Of a DNA stretch of 64,000 bases, positions 1 through 13,562 are shown one piece after another. Position numbers and translations under genes: made by a program. Source of the stretch: Octopus bimaculoides. Lineage: Eukaryota. Location: NCBI RefSeq assembly GCF_001194135.2, contig NC_068981.1, positions 25,164,138 through 25,228,137 on the forward strand, in the 5' to 3' direction. A model generated the notes under the pieces. It was not told the origin of the DNA and made no database searches. It saw only the letters and a program-made list of their open reading frames with translations. Numbering within the stretch: the stretch's first letter is position 1; every line of letters begins with the position of its first letter.

Positions 1-379
1 TAATACAAATACTCACTGAACTCACTGCATAAATTAAACTACTTTTGTTATTTCTATGTATGTATTTAGCAAGGATTTTCTTTCCACCTAATGAGGATTG
101 ATTTGTGCATTGATTTAAAAGATTACTTTTAAATCAAATTACTTACACTTGTAAGTAATTTATTTATTATTAGATAAAATAAAATAAATTACCTTTGCAT
201 GCTTTAAGTTACGAAATTTGTTGTGATATATGAATTTTCCAATGGTGAAATAAATTTCATCATAGTATTTCTTACGTCATTTATAACTTTATATACACTC
301 TTTATGGTTTTGTAGAAAGATACAGTGGGAGCTTTATATGAGTACTACCAGATTAGTTGAATCCATATATTGTGGAGAT

Positions 380-520
380 GAGTCGATTACATCGACCCTA
401 GTGTTCAAGTAGTACTTACTTTATCGACTCCAAAGGAATGAATTTGAAGTCAGAACTTAGTGACAGGTGAAATATCGGTATGCATTACGTCCGATGTGCT
501 AACGATTCTGGCGGCTCACG
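380..520 (-). mobile_element. Degenerate tRNA-derived SINE, family B (head GGCGGCGAGCTGGCAGAA.., body GGGGTCGAT)
   Basis: Reverse complement matches the intact + strand copy at 61938-62165 (agtcgattacatcgaccc..gtact..ttatcgactcc..gctaacgattctg). Confidence 0.7.
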
Positions 521-2487
521 TGTATATATATATATATATATNNNNNNNNNNNNNNNNNNNNNNNNNNNNNNNNNNNNNNNNNNNNNNNNNNNNNNNNNNN
601 NNNNNNNNNNNNNNNNNNNNNNNNNNNNNNNNNNNNNNNNNNNNNNNNNNNNNNNNNNNNNNNNNNNNNNNNNNNNNNNNNNNNNNNNNNNNNNNNNNNN
701 NNNNNNNNNNNNNNNNNNNNNNNNNNNNNNNNNNNNNNNNNNNNNNNNNNNNNNNNNNNNNNNNNNNNNNNNNNNNNNNNNNNNNNNNNNNNNNNNNNNN
801 NNNNNNNNNNNNNNNNNNNNNNNNNNNNNNNNNNNNNNNNNNNNNNNNNNNNNNNNNNNNNNNNNNNNNNNNNNNNNNNNNNNNNNNNNNNNNNNNNNNN
901 NNNNNNNNNNNNNNNNNNNNNNNNNNNNNNNNNNNNNNNNNNNNNNNNNNNNNNNNNNNNNNNNNNNNNNNNNNNNNNNNNNNNNNNNNNNNNNNNNNNN
1001 NNNNNNNNNNNNNNNNNNAACAGTCCACTTTAGTGGTCTCTTTTATATGCACATGTACTATAATCCTTTTAGGATCTCAGAAAATTTTTTCTGAATCTTC
1101 TGATTCTTTTAGTGTGCTGGTTTCCTGGTATTAAATTGATATTAATTAATATCAAATTTTTACCCTATTATGTTATATATATATATATAATATTAGGGAT
1201 TCGAATAAATCAAGTACGTAAATGATACGCAGCAGGTTGGGTCGAATTAATTTGCAAACAGCACCTTTAGTCGAATAATTATCATAGCTAGCGAAGTACA
1301 TCCAGTGAAATATTCAGATTATGCATGTGGAGAATTTAGCCCTTATGAGTATTGTAATAGTCCGTTGGCTAATCTAAGTGAGTACGTTGTATTGGTCGTA
1401 TGGTATATGATGCACTCCAGAATTTCCGATGGTTCAGGATTCAAGTCAGCTGTATTATGAACAAATAAATAACAAACGATGGATAAGTGTTACTTCATTA
1501 CAACCGTTTCAAACAGAATTTTTAAATACATTAATAAATACATTACATCATAACTAAAAACAAACCGCTTTCTTCAGACAATATCAGAATAATATAAGAA
1601 CAACACTTGACCACAGTGGGCAAACCAAACTTGATTCCTGCCAAGGTTACCTTGGAATGAGAGAAGAAAGTAAAGCTAGGATGACATTAAGTGGTTAGTT
1701 AGTGGGTAGGGCGTACAAAAGATTTATAGCTTCAGGGTAGATAATGAGCATGTTAGGGGTGGGTGAGAGAAAAGAGTCAGACAGTCTAGTTCGTTATCAC
1801 AAGTTGTAAGATAATGTTTGAGTTAATTATTTATCTCCTTGCTAATCATTTTATTAAATTTTATTTTATTTTATTACACTAGGATCTGAGATAGGGATGA
1901 AACTAAGATAAATGATACTTAAGGCAGTTAAGCATTCAATAAGAGTGCAGCATAAACTTAATCAAAATTAAAGAGGGCCTCTATTATATATGATTAGATC
2001 CGATAGGATAAAATAAATGCTCAGTCACTTTATTCATTTTTCAAACGAATCCTCAACGAATTAATATGGGATCTCCGAACGACAATGTAAACCTCATATA
2101 ATCAAGGTATCCTTTGCCTGAAGAGTAGCTTGCTATCTATCCCGCGTGTGAATAATTTACTAACTGTGAGGTTCCGCAAGCTATGAAACATATGTAACCT
2201 GGATTTAACTATTCCATTTTCAAAATTATTAGATGTTTATTTGCAAATACAACAACCATTTTCAGCCTGTCGTACTTCGATACGAGAAAAATTCACAGCC
2301 TTCTGCGCCAATAAACCACTGTTATTCCAGAAAGTTGTTTTTCTTTATATCTTTTACGGATTGCCTGAAGCTCACTAACTTCTTACACTTTGATACTTGG
2401 TTCTTACCTTTGCATACATACCTACATACATACATACGTAATACATACATACATAGTACATACATACATTCATACATACATACATCA

Positions 2488-4305
2488 GGAGAGAATAACC
2501 GAGAGAAAAACAATAAACAAAAAATATTTAACCGTAACCAGGCAGCAGTATACAGAGACATGAAAAGAGGAGAAGTAAGCATCACGGAAGCTCCTTCACG
2601 AGAAGACATAGATTCCTTCTGGAGGAAAATCTGGAGTGAAGAGAAGGAATTTAACCCAGATGCTCTGTGGCTGGAAGAAATCCGAAAAAGTTATTGCTCC
2701 TGCGTTAAATCCAAGACATACAACATTGATGGTGAAACTCTTGCAAGGCTACTTTCAAGGCAGGGAAGTGCATAAAGGCAGAAAACAGACCAATTCGAAG
2801 TATACAAATATCTGGGAACCAATGAACGTGATGGTATCCAGGACTCTAAAATGGAAGAGAAAATCCACAAGGAATGCAACCGAAGGGTAAGAATGGTCCT
2901 AAACTCAGAATTAAATGCTGCTAACAGAATTAACGTGATCCATTCTTTGACCGTACCAGTAACCACATATAGCTTCGGAATCATTAAGTGGAGTCTTGCT
3001 GATATGCAGCAAATGGATGGAAAGATCCGTAAAATCCCTTACAAGGTACCGAATGCACCATCAAAAAACAAATGTAGACAGGATACATCACTAAAGAAAA
3101 ATAGCTGGAAGAGGTCTGATGCAAATCGAGCAATCTTTCAGATCAGCAATAATAGGCCTTGAAACGTACTTTAATACAGCAAGTGATGTGCTCTTACGAA
3201 CTGCACTGAAGAATGAAGATTCCAAGCAAGCTTCAGTCATGAAGCTTAGTAAGAAATTTAAAAAGTCTCTTGGCCTACAAGTTAACAATAAGAATGACCA
3301 AAGACGCCCAAATATTGACAGACCTACCATTCATTCTCCTGATTTAGAAAGTAACAATCAGAAAGACCAACGAGATCCAAATAGTGACAAACCTATCACT
3401 GATGCAAGAAACATCAAACAGAAAGCAAAGAAGGCTTGCATAAATAATATCGAAGATAACTGGAAAGACAAACTCCTGCATGGAAAATATTCTAAAAACC
3501 TGTCCAAGCTAGATATTGCTCAAAACCTAGCACACCAATAGCTACAAGGGACAGGTCTGAAAGGGGAAACGGAAGGTTTTGTTATTGCAGCGCAAGATAA
3601 GAGCTTACCTACAAGTAACTGCCATGCAAACATCCTTAAAGGCCCTTCGTGCAGAATTTGCGAAAAATACAGAGACAATTGATCATGCTGTTTCTGGCTG
3701 CCCAGTACTCGCTGAAAATGAGTACCTCATAAAATATGACAGACTAGAGCCATACATCCACTGCAATGCTTGTAAGTAATACAAAATTAAATTCCATTAT
3801 GTGGTACAGGCATCATGCAGAGGATGAAGTAAATGATACAAACAGACAGGAAATTGACTTTAGTCGACCAGACATTGTGATCAAGGACTACAACAGAGGA
3901 ACTTGTCTGTTAATAGATATGTCAGTCCCACAAGATCAAAATGTCTCAAGAAAAGAATACGAAAAGCTTTCTCACTATAAAGATATGCAAATTGAAATCA
4001 GAAATATGTGGAAACTTAGTACTACGAAAATACCAGTAGTAATTGGTGCATTGGGGAAGATAAAGAAGGGAGCTGAGAAGTATATCAAGCAACTCCCTGG
4101 TAACTCCAAACTGCGTGAACTGCAAAAGATAACCTTCGTGGGTACAGACCATATACTACGGAAAGCACTCTTTATCTAAAATGGAATAAATGTGGTGACA
4201 ATTTTAGCATGCATAGCAAAGCAAAAGCGCCCTAGCTACTCTTAACCTTCGGAGGATGCCTGGTACTAAGGCAGCTGAAATAAAGTTATAATGAAAAGAA
4301 ACCAT
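2488..4305 (+). mobile_element. R4/Dong-clade non-LTR retrotransposon (RLE type), degenerate, RT core internally deleted
   Basis: Pre-RT motifs (FNRNQ..VYRDM..FWRKIW) jump at about 2765 to post-RT YKYLG/thumb. Then a CCHC knuckle (CRIC..ETIDHAVSGC), the PD-(D/E)xK nuclease RPDIVIKD..LLIDMSVP..KEYEK..YKD ending ..RKALFI* at 4179, a 3'UTR and a (TAA)n tail. Multiple frameshifts and stops. Confidence 0.9.
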
Positions 4306-4306
4306 A

Positions 4307-4359
<53 letters not shown>

Positions 4360-4410
4360 CGACAACAACAACAACAATAATAATGATAATAATAATAATA
4401 AATATTATTA

Positions 4411-5660
4411 TTGTGACAGAAATGACAGAAAAATTTAAGGTAGAGTACTTGCGCAGACTGAGACTGATCCATACGTTGAAATTAAACGGACGGAATAAGA
4501 GTGAAGCTATCAACACCTGGGTGGTTTCACTACTTAGATATGGAGTTGGGGTAATTGTATGGACAGTAGACGAACTAAACAGCTTAGACAGAAGTTCAAG
4601 GACGCCGCTGACAAGATATGGGATACTCCACCCAAAACGCGACACAGACAGATTGTATGTACCAAGAAAAAGAGGGGAAGAGGACTGATTGGATGCGAAC
4701 ACAGCATTAGAGCAGAAAAAATTACATAGCATGGTAAGTAAAAAATTCCACAGAGCTGCTATTATTGGAAGTAAGAAGGTCTGGCTTGTGTAGGATGCAA
4801 GATTGCAATGATAAAACACTGTACAAGCACTTGAGAATGAATGAAATTGAAAATAGGTGGATAATAAAAAGAATGCATGGACAACTTTATAGGGATAGTG
4901 AAAATACACTAGATAGAGAAAGAAACTGTGCGTGGATAACTAAAAGTGATTTAGTACGGGAAACGGGGACTAATCGATGCTGCTCAAGAGCAAGCATTAA
5001 GAATCAATTTCATCAAATACAGAATAGACATTAGAAAGTGACGAGTGCAGAATTTGTAGACAAAATGGTGAAACCGTATGGCATATCACCAGTCAATGTA
5101 CGCCACTAGCCCAGAAAGAATATAAGAGACGTCATGACAATATAGCAAGGATTGTCCATTGGACACTATGCAACAAGTAAAGAATTGAGAGTGCAAAAAA
5201 GTGGTACGAACATAAACCCGAAGGCATAATCGAAAATGAGAATGCACAGATCCTATGGGATTTTATGATTCAGCGCGACCATGAGATAGAGAATAAGAAA
5301 CCAGACATAGTGTTAATTGAGAAAGAAAGTAAACGATGCTGGATCATAGATATTGCATGCCCAACAGACAACAAGGTATGCGATAAGGAAGAAAGAAAAG
5401 TCAATATATAGGACAGGTTAGCTTAGACGGTTAAGCAGTTGTGGTATTAATAGCAATAAAAGCCGGAGCCCTGGGCTCAGTGAGTAAATATCTTGAGAAA
5501 TACATGGAATAAATAGGGGCTGCAATACAGAAAACAGTACTGCTTGGAACCGCTGGAATACTCCGGATGGTGCTCAAAAAATAAGGGGTGTTACTTTAGT
5601 TCACTGGTAGTGAACAGCAGACACCGTAGTACACCTCCAGCGTTAGAAGCTTTGTAAAGA
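4411..5660 (+). mobile_element. 5'-truncated R4/Dong-clade retrotransposon (thumb, zinc knuckle, RLE, 3'UTR)
   Basis: EYLRRLRLI..KLNGRNKSEAINTW..LHPKRDTDRLYVPRK; CRIC..ETVWHITSQC; KPDIVLIEK..IIDIACP. (TAA)n lies on both sides (4306-4400, 5662-5758). Confidence 0.9.
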
Positions 5661-5677
5661 CAATAATAATAATAATG

Positions 5678-5737
<60 letters not shown>

Positions 5738-5759
5738 GTAATAATAATAATAATAATAA

Positions 5760-7270
5760 CGATGAATCATTTTAGTAAGAATGAAAAAGAGATAGATTTC
5801 TTAATACAGACTGTAAGACTCTTCAGCATAGATATAGGCATAGAATTTGATATAGATAACTTCGCAGTATTAGTCACAAGAAGGGGACAAGTAGTCAACA
5901 GTGAAGACATCCAATTACCAGATGGCAGGAATTAAAATCATTGAAAATAGGAGAGAGTTACAAGTATACAAGGAGTATTAGAACTTGACAAAGTACTAAC
6001 TACAGAAATGAAAACGAAAATTAGGAAGGCGAACATCAAAAGGGTGAGGAAGCTAATGAATTCAAAGCTAAATTGTCCGAATCTGGTGACGGCTGTGAAT
6101 CTGTGGGCAGTATCATTACTTAGATACTTAGCAATTTTTGTAGATTAAACAAAAACTGAGATACCAAAGCTAGACAGAGCAACTAAGAAGGGATTCAATA
6201 TGAATTGAGGACTCCACCCAAGGGCAGGAGAGCAAGATTATATCTACCTAGAAAGGAAGGTAGAGAAGGGCTAATATCAGTAGAAGTCTGTGTGGAGTTA
6301 GCTAGAGTAGATATAGACTCCTCTGTAGGTAATAGTGAAGAAAGTTTATTAAAAGCTGCTAGAGTCACATCAAGACATAGAGAAACCAAAAACACAAGCG
6401 AAGATAAAAATCAGAAAAAAGAACAGAAATTATTTGAGTGCGAGCAGGTGTTTCATGGTAGATTCCTCAAAGATATTTGCAGCAAATAGTAATAGTGAAA
6501 CATGGTTATAGTTGCAGAAAGGAACGCTGAAGAGAAAGACGGTAAGTTTGTTAGCAGCTGCATAAGATCAAGCATTAAGGACTAATTGGATAAAAGCCAA
6601 AATAGATTAAAATGGAGTAGATTCCCAGCGTAGATTATGCAAAGGAAAAGAACAAAGCGTTACTCATAGAGTAAGTGAATGTAACATGCTGGCACAGAAA
6701 GAATACAAGAAAAGATATGACAATCTCGGGAGAGTAATCCCCTTGGAGCTACGTAGAAAGCTAGGATTTGAACATACTGATAAATGGCATGAACATGGAC
6801 CTAGTAAATTACTAGAAAGTAACAAATACAAGATGTTGTGGGATTTTAACTTTCAGACTGACATAGTAATAGAAGCTACAAGGTCTGATTTGGTAGTAGT
6901 AGTAGTAGATAAAGAGAATAGAAAGTGACAGATAATTGACTTTACAGTCCCAAATGATGAAAAAATGAATATGAGAAGTATAGAAAAAATAGCAAAGTAC
7001 CAGGAGCTAGCTATTAAGGTACAGAGATATGGAAAGTGCATGTAATTGTATCCCAGTAGTTATAGTTGCATTGGGAACTATCCATAAAGATCTGAACATA
7101 TGAATAGAATAAATAGGTATAAAACCCAGTTTAGTACTGCTCCATGAAATAATGTTATTAGCAACGTGTAGGGTACTTAGGAGGGTTCTTGGCATCTAAG
7201 GCCACTTGTAGCCCGATGTTAGGATTCTTTTCTTTTCCAACAGTCTAATCTATCGAGTGTATATGAATAA
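5760..7270 (+). mobile_element. 5'-truncated R4/Dong-clade retrotransposon starting in the late RT domains
   Basis: KNEKEIDFLIQTVRLFSIDIGIEF; LHPRA..RLYLPRKEGREGLISVE; WDFNFQTDIVIEATRSDLVVV..DKENRK; IDFTVP..EKIAKYQELA. Starts right after (TAA)n and ends in a TAA/GAA tail. Confidence 0.88.
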
Positions 7271-8099
7271 GGATAATAACAATAATAATGACAACTAGAA
7301 GAAGAAGAAGAAGAAGAAGAAGAAAGAAAGAAAGAAAGAAAAGCTCGGCGCTAAATAACAACATGGATGTGCTACACAAGGCTCTCCATTCAAAAACAAA
7401 TCTAATCTAAAAACACCAGCGGAATGGGATAAAAGAACTTGTGGAAGACTTGAAGGAAGAGACCCTTTAACGAAAATAATCCCCAAAACGAAATTTTACT
7501 GCCATACAAAGCACAGTTTCTCCTATCCACAATGTATAAGTGAAACATGTGCGAAACACACTCGTGAAATCAGCATCGGAAAGTTTACAAATTATAAAAT
7601 ATAAATAGAAGAAAACAGTAAGTACATAAATTGAATAATTACGCATACACTCGAATGTCTGCACAATCATATATACATTTTAATGCCCATAGGACTACAC
7701 ATACATCTCAATATTTACACAACTACGTGAAATTTACAGGACATATACATGCATATGAAAACACGTGTCAAAAACGAAGCAAAAACAAAAACAAAACAAA
7801 ACAATCATTTATTTTTCGAACTAACACAGAGTTTAAAACACCCCCCAAAAACTATGCCAGGAGATAATTCTATCAACAAAATAATATAGACGAATACAGA
7901 TTTGTTAGCCTTAAGAAGGTACGTTACGAGCAATGTTTACATGCAGAGAGCTCGGAGGCGGTGTTGTCTCAAAAATTAACCCTAAACAGACAGATCCGTC
8001 CGTCCGTCCCCTATTGTCAACATCCAAGCTCGTCATGCCTCGATAACAAACCAAAATACAAACCGAATCGGTCGTCACCCAGGCCACCAAGGACCACTT

Positions 8100-9621
8100 A
8101 ATCGAATGATGAAACAGATTCTATTCGAAAATTCAGCATCTGGTTCAAATCTTCCCGAAATACAGGGGATGGAAGTACCCCACTACCGGTATATTCCAAC
8201 TGATCGACATCCATGCTCGTCATCAAATAACCAAAGGAAAAAGAATGAAAAATGGTCTAGGAGAGATAATAAAGTAGTTCTTACGGCCTTCTATCATGCC
8301 ATATATTTCGCCACAAATAGATCTAATAATGTACAAACTTACTTAAACTGGAGCCAAAAACACCTTGAAGTGAGAACTTACATAGATAATAACAAACCTG
8401 CCAATGTCAGAAGAAACATTATGAAAGCGAAATTACTAACTGAAGTAGAGATTGACCAAATTAAACAAGCAATAAGGGATAAAAGGAACGAAGTTGCAGC
8501 TAAAGAAGATATTATAGAGGAAATAATTATAGACCAGGCCAGGGCTGATGAAAATGTAATAACGATTGAAAGAGTTAATGTAACTGATAAGCAAAGAGAA
8601 ATAGTCTCTGAACCAACCATAAACACTAATGCAGATGAAAATCAAATAGATGAAGAAATTCCCATAGAAATTGAACCAAAAGAACTACATGATCTAAAAG
8701 TCAAATCATGATTGAATGGCTGAAAATTAAAGAAACCAGTATGAATGAACGCGACACTCTCCCAAAAACTCGCAATTTTAACCTAAACCTGAAATAATAA
8801 GTAAAATCCGCCTTGCATTTAAGGATATAATCTCAGCTAATGAATGTTGACATTACAGATCTCAACCACTATACATTCGCGAAAATCTCAACGATTCTTT
8901 TTAGTGGAAAGATTAGAAAACGACAACATTCCTACAAAAAGCCTACTTGGCAAGAGCGTATTCAACACCAAATTAAGCTACTTATGTCAAACATAGAATG
9001 CTTAAAAAACCTTAAGTTTGACAAGACTATCAAACCAACAAAAATCCGAAAATTAAAGAAAATATATATGAAAACCATATTTAACATCGATACCACCATA
9101 GAAACCATCAAGCAAAAGGTATGTGCTAAAGCTGCCCGCATATCAAGGTATGACAAATGCGTTAGATTCTTCAAGGACAACATCATGTTCAAAATCAAGT
9201 CCAAAAATGTTTACAGGAAGATAGGAAAAATACCAGTTACAGTAAAGTCTGTCCCATCAAAAAAAAAAAAGAAGTGCAAGTATTTTGGAATAAAATTTGG
9301 GCAGAAGAAAAAACACACAATGAAAAGGCTCCTCGGAGTGATAGAATATCCACAGACTTACACTCCTTAGAAGAAAAAAAGTGGGAGGATATAAAGGTAA
9401 AGGATATAAGATCTGCTCTCAGGAAATCAAGCAAATGGAAGTCTCCAGGAAAGGATAACATTTCTAACTTCTGGTTGAATGCCTTCCCAGAGAGTCATGA
9501 ACTGCTAACAAAACTTTACAACAATGTTTTGCAACAACATAGTATGATTCTCTCTTGGCTGGTAAATGGTGTAACATTCCCACTTCCAAAAAATGACGAA
9601 ACAAATGAACCAAAAAATTAG
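8100..9621 (+). mobile_element. 5' half of an R4/Dong-clade ORF (N-terminal region to RT domain 1), 3'-truncated
   Basis: KWSRRDNKVVLTAFY..ANVRRNIMKAKLLTEVEI; KPTWQERIQ; KQKVCAKAARISRYDK; FWNKIW; KWKSPGKDNISNFWLN..WLVNGVTFPLPKN, then a stop. Frameshifted. Confidence 0.8.
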
Positions 9622-11322
9622 TTGTCTGGCTTATTCGCTAAAAAGTCGTTACAAGCTGGAAATGGAAAGTTTGTTTCCAACACTAGTGGTGCTATGAACT
9701 GAGTCCATATAGCTACAATATCATATAAACTGAAACAAGTCTCAACTCTCGTTATCATTTCCTTATTGCTGCAAGTAATGCTCCTGGCCAGCTACAATAT
9801 TTGGTAGCGTGCTATCTAAGCCCTGTGGTTTACATAGATTATAGAAATGATTTTCTTAAAATAGGTGAATTACCTTCGAAGCTTCTAGTCAGTAGTCATT
9901 TTAGAAAGTATCTTAAGAATTAAAAATTTCTATAATAGTTACGTACTTAATCCCGTCTTCGATTTAATATACTCGAGCGATCGATATATCGCTAATATAC
10001 ATTATGAAATATACTATTCATGCTGGAAACGCTTCCATAGGACAGTGCATGAGAAACTTAAAAGCTTTAAACATGGTAAGACCAATTCCGTTTCTCACAT
10101 GGCAATTAATTTTTTAAGACAGATCCAATATTTAACTGAATATGCCTTCAGTCCAGACAATTCAGGGATATACAAGGCAACATACAGGTTGAGCAATGCC
10201 AGATATTCTGCTAATGTAGAAAAAAACAAAACAAAAAAAAAAACATTATTGCGTACATCAAAATAACTTTGGAGTAGTTCTTAAACATTCGACTTTTATC
10301 TGACTGAATTTTCTCTTCAACGACATGAAACTATGTAAATATACTTAGACTCTGCCCATGAGGCCGGCATTTAACGGTGTAGTTTAATGTTTTTCCCCCA
10401 GTTGTTTATGGCATTGCACGCAGTAATGAATAGGTATTAAGAATCTGTATGATTTAGTACAAGGAAAAGCTTCATGGGAAGCATAATACTTACCGCAGTT
10501 GGAGACATTATCTCTGTCCCGCCACAGGTTATCCGTTTACACTTACTCCCGGTCTCTTTATTATACCTTTAACTCATTCCGCTCATTTGTCTAAAACCAT
10601 TTTGTATGCCACGTTGCTTACAACAGTGAAAAATGTGTTAAACTGAAATTATTGCACATTTGGCGTTATATAATTATTTATCACTTATTGATCAGTGTGG
10701 AGTACAGGTATCACACACACACACACACACACACATACGTAGTGTTGTGCATACATTTCCATAAATTGCTATATAGAGAGATTCTCATAAATTCAAATAC
10801 ATGTACATACCATAAATTGATAATTTTGATATTCACATTGACACACTTGCATGATTTTTCATGAACTAAAATATTTTGATAAATTGGTGTGTATACATGC
10901 ATATATATAAATATATACATGCACATTTTTATATACGCATGCATACATTATTTCATTATATTGGCTATAAAAGCCGTATGCAGATTAGGTAGCTGCGGGC
11001 TGGACAAATACATTAATGTGATGAGGATGATAACGACAAAAATGAACAAAATGGGAGGGGCACCGGCGCCCGCCGACTGATAACATACATACTTACACGC
11101 ACACACAAATTCACTCACTCACACACACATTTATAAAGCATTATTTCATTTTACAAAATCCCCGTTCACACACCTGTAAATGAATAAACTTGCGACGGTC
11201 AAGCATCTCGTTCCGGGGAAATGTGATTTCAGTCACATTCCATGAGAACCGAGTAACTGTCTCTATGTTTCTTAGGACTCGAGATAATAATGTTTAGTGG
11301 TTGATGATGACTATGATAAATA

Positions 11323-12500
11323 AAGTTGACCTCGGTCGTATTTGAATTTAACACTTAAAGAGCCAAACGAAATGCTGCTAAGCGTTTAATCAGTCACGCA
11401 AATGATTCCGCCAAATCGTCACCTTAAATTATAATGTAACAAGAACACTCAGAGAGCGCAAACCTCCGCCAAGGCAACACCAACATCATCTCAATGATTA
11501 GCCAGAAATGGTCTTTAAAAGGAGAATATCTGAAATAAACTCAACTGTTTTCACAAACGAGAATGTTGAAAATGAACCCGACCGCTCTCAAAAATTAAGT
11601 TTAAAAAACCGGAAAAATAATCTAGAATCCTTGTCTGGTCCTGGATCAATCCCAAAATCTAATCAGTTCGTGCCAGTCACGAAGCCAAACATCCCGAAGG
11701 TTTCATCCGAATCTATTTAGCGGTTCTTGAGATATCTTGTCCACGGACAAACAAACACGACTGAAAACAATACCACCACCTTCACTAAGGCGGATGTAAT
11801 ATTAATCCTTTCTATTATAGGTACAAGACCTGAAAATTTCGGGGGAAGCGGCTTGTCGATTACAACGACCCCGGTGCTCTGCTGGTTCTTTATTCATCGG
11901 CTCAGAAACGATGAAAGGATGAGTTCAAAGCGAACTCAGAAGGTAAAGCCGGATGAATTGTTTCTAAGCATTTTCGTTTCAACGTGCTAATAATTCTAGC
12001 AGCTCGCCGCCTCATTATAATATAATAATACAGCTAGTACTAGGCAGCAGTGAATTATACACACGCCTTATTATAATTTAACAATAGTGCCTTTTGCTAT
12101 AGGCACAAGGCCCGAAATTTGGCGGGAGGGGTAAGTCAATTACATCAACTCTATTGATCAACTAGTACTTCTTTTATCGACTCCGAAAGGATGAAATGTA
12201 AAGTCGACCTCGGCGGAATTTGAACTTAGAACATAAAGACAGACGAAATACCGCTAAGCATTTTGACCGGTGTGCTAATTCTGCCAAATCGCCGCCTTAT
12301 TATCTATACCTATATATTCCTTTCTATTCTAGGCACAAAGTTCGAAATTTTGGGGGAGGGAGCCAGTCGATTAGATCGACCCCAGTACACAACTGGTACT
12401 TAATTTATCGACTCCCAAAGGATGAAAGGCAAAGTCGACCTCGGCGGAATTTGAACTCAGAACGTAAACACGTACAAAATGACGCTAAGCATTCTGCTTA
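11323..12500 (-). mobile_element. Cluster of four family-B SINE copies (about 11323-11425, 11817-12012, 12098-12299, 12330-12500)
   Basis: Each carries the reverse complement of the family-B consensus (gtcgacctcggcggaatttgaac..gacgaaatac..ctaagcattt). Confidence 0.8.
11437..11800 (+). mobile_element. Non-autonomous Helentron-associated (HINE/DINE-1-like) or MITE-like element
   Basis: Starts aacaagaacactcagagagcgcaaacctccgccaagg and ends ..gagatatcttgtccacggacaaacaaac..cttcactaaggcggatgtaat. It has a subterminal inverted pair (cctccgcc / ggcggatg) and a short (caaa)n tract. Family assignment is by architecture only. Confidence 0.55.
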
Positions 12501-12729
12501 GCAGATGTCTGTGTATTTGTATAACTGTGCATAATGCCAATGAAGGAGTGAGAGGGGAGAGAAATAAACAGAGAAGCAAAATGAGGAAGAGGCTCTTTAC
12601 TTCCCCTCCTCCATTTCCTTATTCGTCACACTTTCTTTCAATATTATACTTCCTTTTCAGCGCCCTGTATTTTTGTTCGCTTTTAAGCTTCCCTTTCTCT
12701 TTTCGGTCTAGCGCAGAGATTTCCTTTTG

Positions 12730-13420
12730 AGAGCATGTCTAACCTTGCCTGGATTCTTCTTTTCCACCTTGGATCTTTTCCTATGTCATTCCCGTTATAT
12801 TTATTTTTCTTGACATCATCATCCACATTTTCTGCTACAATAATACTTGCTGCTTTGATCAAATGAATTGTTTGTTTCTGTGGTGGTTTTTGTTCTGATG
12901 TATTTCAGAATTTCATTCACATTTTTGGTTTCTTGGTTCAATTTTCACCGATCAACCATTTTAAGGTTGCAAATAATGTCGCTATCGTTCTCTTGTGGCT
13001 TTGCCTTTATTTTGTCATGTCGTAGATTGCCTTTTGCCCACCTGTCATGTCACCATTAGTTTTATTGTCTTCTTCCAAATCATCTTGAAGCAATCCTCTT
13101 TCTCTCCATTGATCATACATACGTTGGTGGTATTCCGTAAGATAAACACCATTTTCGGCTTGCGAAGTTGCTCAGGTAGTAACACTCTATGACCACAGCA
13201 TTGGCGTTTTTGTTCCATCTACGCCGTGTGTGCTGGTCCCCTGCTGGATAACGACACTTTGGAGTCGGCCCAGTATCTCTGAGCCTGCCGGGTACAACAC
13301 TGTCAACATCAAGGGCTTCAATTTCATTGCCACCATTATTCGCAATATTTTATTTTTTCATTGTCACTCATATGAGGTAGCGATTATCAGGTTGTGCAAT
13401 TACCAGTGTTTTTAGTGTGA
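12730..13420 (-). mobile_element. Degenerate 5' portion of an R4/Dong-clade element
   Basis: Minus strand reads RRRWNKNANAVVIECYYLS and KDPRWKRRIQARLDML, matching the N-terminal motifs of the 8100-9621 and 57780 copies. It lies just left of a (TTA)n/(TAA)n junction at 13480-13560. Confidence 0.6.
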
Positions 13421-13526
13421 CAACATCAGCAGATGTATCATCAGTCAGAGAATAGGGAAATTCTAAACGCTTACTTTCATTGTTATTATTATAATCATTA
13501 TTATTATTGCCACTATTATTACCAAC

Positions 13527-13561
<35 letters not shown>

Positions 13562-13562
<1 letters not shown>

